From the human T2T-CHM13v2.0 reference genome, Homo sapiens: a stretch of DNA of 64,000 nt. The stretch lies in NCBI RefSeq assembly GCF_009914755.1, contig NC_060929.1; one strand, given 5' to 3'. Positions 59,630 through 64,000 of this stretch are shown in pieces; positions within the stretch are counted from its first letter, which is position 1, and every line of letters starts with the position of its first letter. The notes under the pieces were generated by a model. It was given only the letters and a program-made list of their open reading frames with translations. It was not told the origin of the DNA and searched no databases. Position numbers and translations under genes: made by a program.

Positions 59630-60432
59630 GCTTTTCTTTCTTTTTCCTTTTTTAGGATTTTTTTCTATTATAAATTGCAGCCATTTTTTTTTTTACAATT
59701 CACTATTCTACATATTTTATCTTTGCATCCTTTCCAACAATGGTATAATTGTGTAGAGACATTTAGAGAGTTCTAATTTGTTCATGCATTTCTTGCAAAT
59801 TTGACTCCATGAAAAGGCATTATCACAATGTTGATTTTGTGTGTAAGCACTGTATGTGTATGTTAAAATGTTGAAACTTTTCAACAAATGGAGAGATATC
59901 ATTGTACATCTGCATTTATAAAAGATAAAATTTCTTGAGTTCTTGGCTTTTTGGGTGACTATATATGCAATGTTGATCCACTGCAATTTTTGATAGATCT
60001 CATCAAAAGGGTTAGGTTTTTTGTCATAGTATTTCAGATGACTGCAGTTGTAAATCTGGGTGCACATAATTACCAAACATAGTGATATACGTATTTATAC
60101 ATGTCCTTTTTTGACCTATGTCTTTGTGAACATGATTTATCTGCTCATAATTCTTATACCCATGCAACTGTTGTTAGTATACTTGAGTGCTTGCAAAAAT
60201 ACATATGCTATTATTGCCTATTTTATTGTGAAAATACCCTATGAAGCATTCAGTTCTGTTTTTATATGTTTCTCAACTAAACGCCCTTTTTGAAATGTAA
60301 GTAAATGTCTTCTAAAGAATTTTTAAATATTTTTTTTCAGAATTATATTTTTGGGACTTTGCTGTTTTGAGATTTCAACATTTGCCATTATGGCTGCAAG
60401 AATTGTGTCTTTTGGGATTATGATTGGTTCCC
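59630..60432 (+). mobile_element. Ricksha (MULE-MuDR) 3' portion with right TIR
   Basis: tagagagttctaatt, gcaaatttgactcca, tatttcagatgactgcagtt, ctgggtgcaca; terminal attgtgtcttttgggattatgattggttccc. Confidence 0.85.
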
Positions 60433-61069
60433 ATTTGAAGTAAGCTTCAAAGTCCAAATTCAACAATCAAATCCCAAGTATACCTCCTAGTGGAGGTACA
60501 CAGAGGAGGAAGCCACTTATTATTATATGACTTCATTTTTTTTTTACAAATCCTGTGCCTAGCAGGATAATTGTTTCTTGAAACCATGAAGAGACACTCA
60601 TACAGCAAATCTCAAAGGACAAAAACATATTATCTTCCCACTCCACATATACAACCATCTTCAATTAAAGAAGTAGAGAAATTAAAAAGAATTCTCTATA
60701 GTTAACTTTATATTATGCATTATATAATAGCATACATTAAAGACTAAAATCCATGGGACCTATAGCTATTTCAGAATATGGTCTTTATTATAAGTAAACA
60801 CACGAAGAAATAATAATCTAACTGTGAAATCACAGGGCCATTAATGTACTACAGTAATAAGGAATACTGCATATCAAATCATCTAAATTTAAAAACTACT
60901 GCTTAGCCTTTATTCACTTGACAAATATTTATTTAGGATTTACATCAATATTTATTCAGTAAACAATTATTAAGCTCATATTATGTGCCAAAGAGGGCTC
61001 CCAAGAGGAATAAAAATGAGGAATCTCAGCCTATTGGAGGGGTAACCATGCCATAAAATAAATAGTGCC

Positions 61070-61255
61070 CTGGTAGGTAAGAGCACAAGCTTTAGACGTA
61101 CATTGAACTCTGCTTACTGTATTTGTAATGCTGGACAAATTATTTAAATATTCTGAATCTTAATTTTGTTATCTGTAAAATGGACATAAGTTTATATGTG
61201 CATCAAATAAGATAAAGCCTGATGACTCCTTAGCATGTAGTAGTTTCTCAATCAT
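61070..61255 (+). mobile_element. MIR
   Basis: taagagcacaagcttt...ggacaaattatttaa...atctgtaaaatgg. Confidence 0.65.
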
Positions 61256-62004
61256 AATAGTCTTTAACACTTAATTTTATTTTGTTATTTATTCAATGCC
61301 AGAAAACATAAATGAGGCATAGACTATCAGTCTAGATGACATGAGAAAAGATTTCACCAAAGAGTGGTATTTGGCCTGGGTCTTAAAGGATGAGTGGGAA
61401 CTCATTAGGCAGGTAAGAGACAAGAAAGGCACAGGGCTCCAAGTTTCAAAATCACACAAAGTTTAGGGGAAACCAGGAGGCAGGGGCAATGTGATAGTGA
61501 ACAGGAAGATAGCTAGCCTGTAGTGAGACCAAAATGACAGGTTGAGAGTTGATTGAGGCCATTATGAAGCCCATCCACGGAGACTGGAAAATGAGTGTAT
61601 TCACTCCTTTCTTATTCTTTTGAGGAGCCTTCACTCATGATTCACTCTAATTTTTCATACATGATTTCTCTTATATAAATATACATGTCCACAGGTATGC
61701 ATGCACAATTTATGGCAAACTGCCATACTCACAATGAATCAGAGTTGAGGGGACCACTAGCACAGAGCTGAGATGATTCAGGGGCTGGACTCCTATATGT
61801 AAGATTCCTGTGCTCCAGGAAGGAAGGCAAAAATTTGAATATGTGGCAGCAGCCCAGACTATGAGAAGCCTGCAGGCTTCCAGGTCTAGCCTGAGAATTT
61901 CCTGAAAGGGAGCATCCTGGCTTGTGAGATTTGGTCTTAGAACATGCCCAGTGAATCTACTTATTGATCATGATGAAGATATTCTGTGTAATGATAGTAG
62001 CAGG

Positions 62005-62225
62005 CAGTTATTGAGCACTTGATATAAGCCAGTCAATGAGATAAATATTTGGGATATTTAGGTAATTTAACTCTCACAACACAGAGAGTAGGTGCAATAT
62101 ACCACAACTTACAAAAGAGGAAATTGAGGCCAAAAGATAAAGTGACTTTCCCAAGCTTACAAAGCCAGTAAATGGCAGAGATGGGATTCAAACTCTGGTC
62201 TGTCTGATTTCAGAGCCAAAAGTTT
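62005..62225 (-). mobile_element. MIR
   Basis: gaggaaattgaggc...gtgactttcccaag...gggattcaaactctggtctgtctgatttcagagcc. Confidence 0.75.
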
Positions 62226-62251
62226 CATTCACTCAGATTCTCTGGGAGGGG

Positions 62252-62625
62252 TGTATTAGTGTGTTCTCACACTGCTATGAAGAAATACCCAAAACTGGGT
62301 AATTTATAGAGGAAAGAGGTTTAATTGACTCACAGTTCCACATGGTTGGGGAGGCCTCAAGAAACTTACAATCATGGCAGAAGGGAAAGCAAACACATCC
62401 TTCTTCACATGGTGGCAGGAAGCAGAATTGCCAAGCAAAGAGGGAGAAGCCCCTTATAAAACCATCAGATCTTGCGAGAACTCACTCACTATCACAAGAA
62501 CAGCATGGAGGGAACAACCCCCAAGATTCAATTACCTCCCACTGGGTCCCTCCCACAATATGTGGCAAATATGGGAACTATAATTCCAGATGAGATTTCA
62601 GTAGGGATACAGCCAAACCACATTA
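62252..62625 (-). mobile_element. THE1C-like MaLR 3' LTR
   Basis: tgtattagt...ctgctatgaagaaataccc...cttacaatcatggcagaagg...cagccaaacca. Confidence 0.88.
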
Positions 62626-64000
62626 TTCCACCCTTTTCCCCTCCTAAATCTCATGTCCTCACATTTCAAAACACAATCATGCCTTTCCAACAGTCCCCCA
62701 AAGTCTAGCTCATTCTACCATTAGCCCAAAAGTCCAAGTCCCAGGTCTCATCTGAGGCAAGACAGGTCCCTTCTACCTATGAGCCTGTAAAATTGAAAGC
62801 AAGTTAGTTACTTCCTAGATACAATACAGGTAGAGGCATTGGGTAAGTATACCCATTCCAAATGGGGGAAATTGGCCAAATAAAGGGGTTACATGCCCCT
62901 TGAAGTCCAAAATCCATTAGGGCAGTCATTAAGCCTTAAAGTTCCAAAATGATCTCCTTTGACTCCATGTCTCACATCCAGGTCATGCTGATGCAAGAGC
63001 TGGGCTCTCATGGCATTGGGCATCTCCACCCCTGTGGCTTTGCAGGGTACAACCCCCGTCTCAGGTGCTTTCATGGGCTGACGTTGAATGTCTGTGGCTT
63101 TTCCAGGTACATGGTGTAAGCCGTCAGTGGATTTACCACTCTGGGGTCTGGAGGGTGGTGACCTTCTCCTCACACCTCCTCTAGGCAATACCACAGTGGG
63201 GACTATATGTGGAGGAGGGTCCAACTCCACCTTTCCCTTCTGCACTGCCCTAGCACAGGTTCTCCATGAGGGCCTCACCTCTGCAGGAAACTGTGGCCTG
63301 GACATCCAGGCATTTCCATACATCCTCTGAAATCTAGGCAGATGTTACCAAACCTCAATTCTTGACTTCTGTGTACCCTCATGCCCAACACAACATGTAA
63401 GCCACAAAGGCTTGGGGCTTGTACTTTCTGAAGCAACAGCCTGAGCTGTACATTGGCCCTTTTTATCCATCACTGAAATTGAAGCAGCTGGGACACAGGA
63501 CACCATGTCCCGAGGCCCCATAGAGAAGGAAGCCCCTGGGTCCAAACCAGGAAACCATTTCTCTCTCCTAGGCCTTTAGACCTGTGATGGAAGGGGCTGC
63601 TGTGGAGGTTTCTGACATGGCCTGGAGATATTTTCCCATTGCCTTGTTGATTAACATTTGGCCTCTCTTTACTTATGCAAATGTCTGCAACAGGCTTGAA
63701 TTTCTTTCCAGAAAATAGGTTTTTCTTTTCTATCCCATCTTCAGGCTGCAAATTTTCCAAACTTTTATGTTCTGCTTCCTCTTGAATGCTTTGCTGCTTG
63801 GAAACTTCTTCTGCCAGATACCCTAAATCATCTCTCTCAAGTTCCTAGTTCCACAGATCTCTAGTGAAGGGGCAAAATTCTACCAGTCTCTTTGCTAAAG
63901 CATAACAAGAATCACCTTTATTCCAGTTCCCAATAATTTTCTCATCTCCATCTGAGATCACCTCAGCTTGGACTTTATTGTCCATATCACTATCAACATT
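62626..64000 (-). mobile_element. THE1 internal region (runs past the window end)
   Basis: PPT-adjacent ttccaccc, caacagtcccccaaagtc, gactccatgtctcacatccagg, ctggacatccaggcatttcc. ORF 62889-63323(-) is a degenerate MaLR ORF. Confidence 0.88.

Noticed and set aside
62889-63760. ORFs of 144 aa and 96 aa on the minus strand
   Set aside because: Frameshifted remnants of the THE1/MaLR internal ORF.

Overview
AT-rich, repeat-dense primate genomic DNA, very likely human given a young AluYa5 with all five diagnostic changes. It reads as intergenic or intronic sequence. No complete protein-coding gene, rRNA, tRNA or CRISPR array is recognisable, and every long ORF in the track is LINE-1 ORF1/ORF2 debris or repeat-derived noise. 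The window holds a full-length but disrupted L1PA7 (38829-45276), two 5'-inverted L1PA3-like insertions, older L1M elements, about 11 Alus, MaLR/ERV LTRs (MLT1C, MST, LTR16, LTR33, MER21, MER52-group, THE1C with internal region), DNA transposons (MER102, MER5B, MER63, MER91, Ricksha) and many MIR/L2 relics. The most unusual structures are: (1) a ~165-bp local inverted templated insertion ending in a snap-back hairpin (53625-53799); (2) two complementary ends of a Ricksha (MULE) transposon bracketing 22.4 kb with a near-TSD; (3) four twin-primed (5'-inverted) L1s of very different ages; (4) candidate exons on both strands in the unique DNA. Repeat subfamily names come from recalled consensus sequences, and boundaries of old elements are approximate. 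I found no convincing novel protein-coding system.
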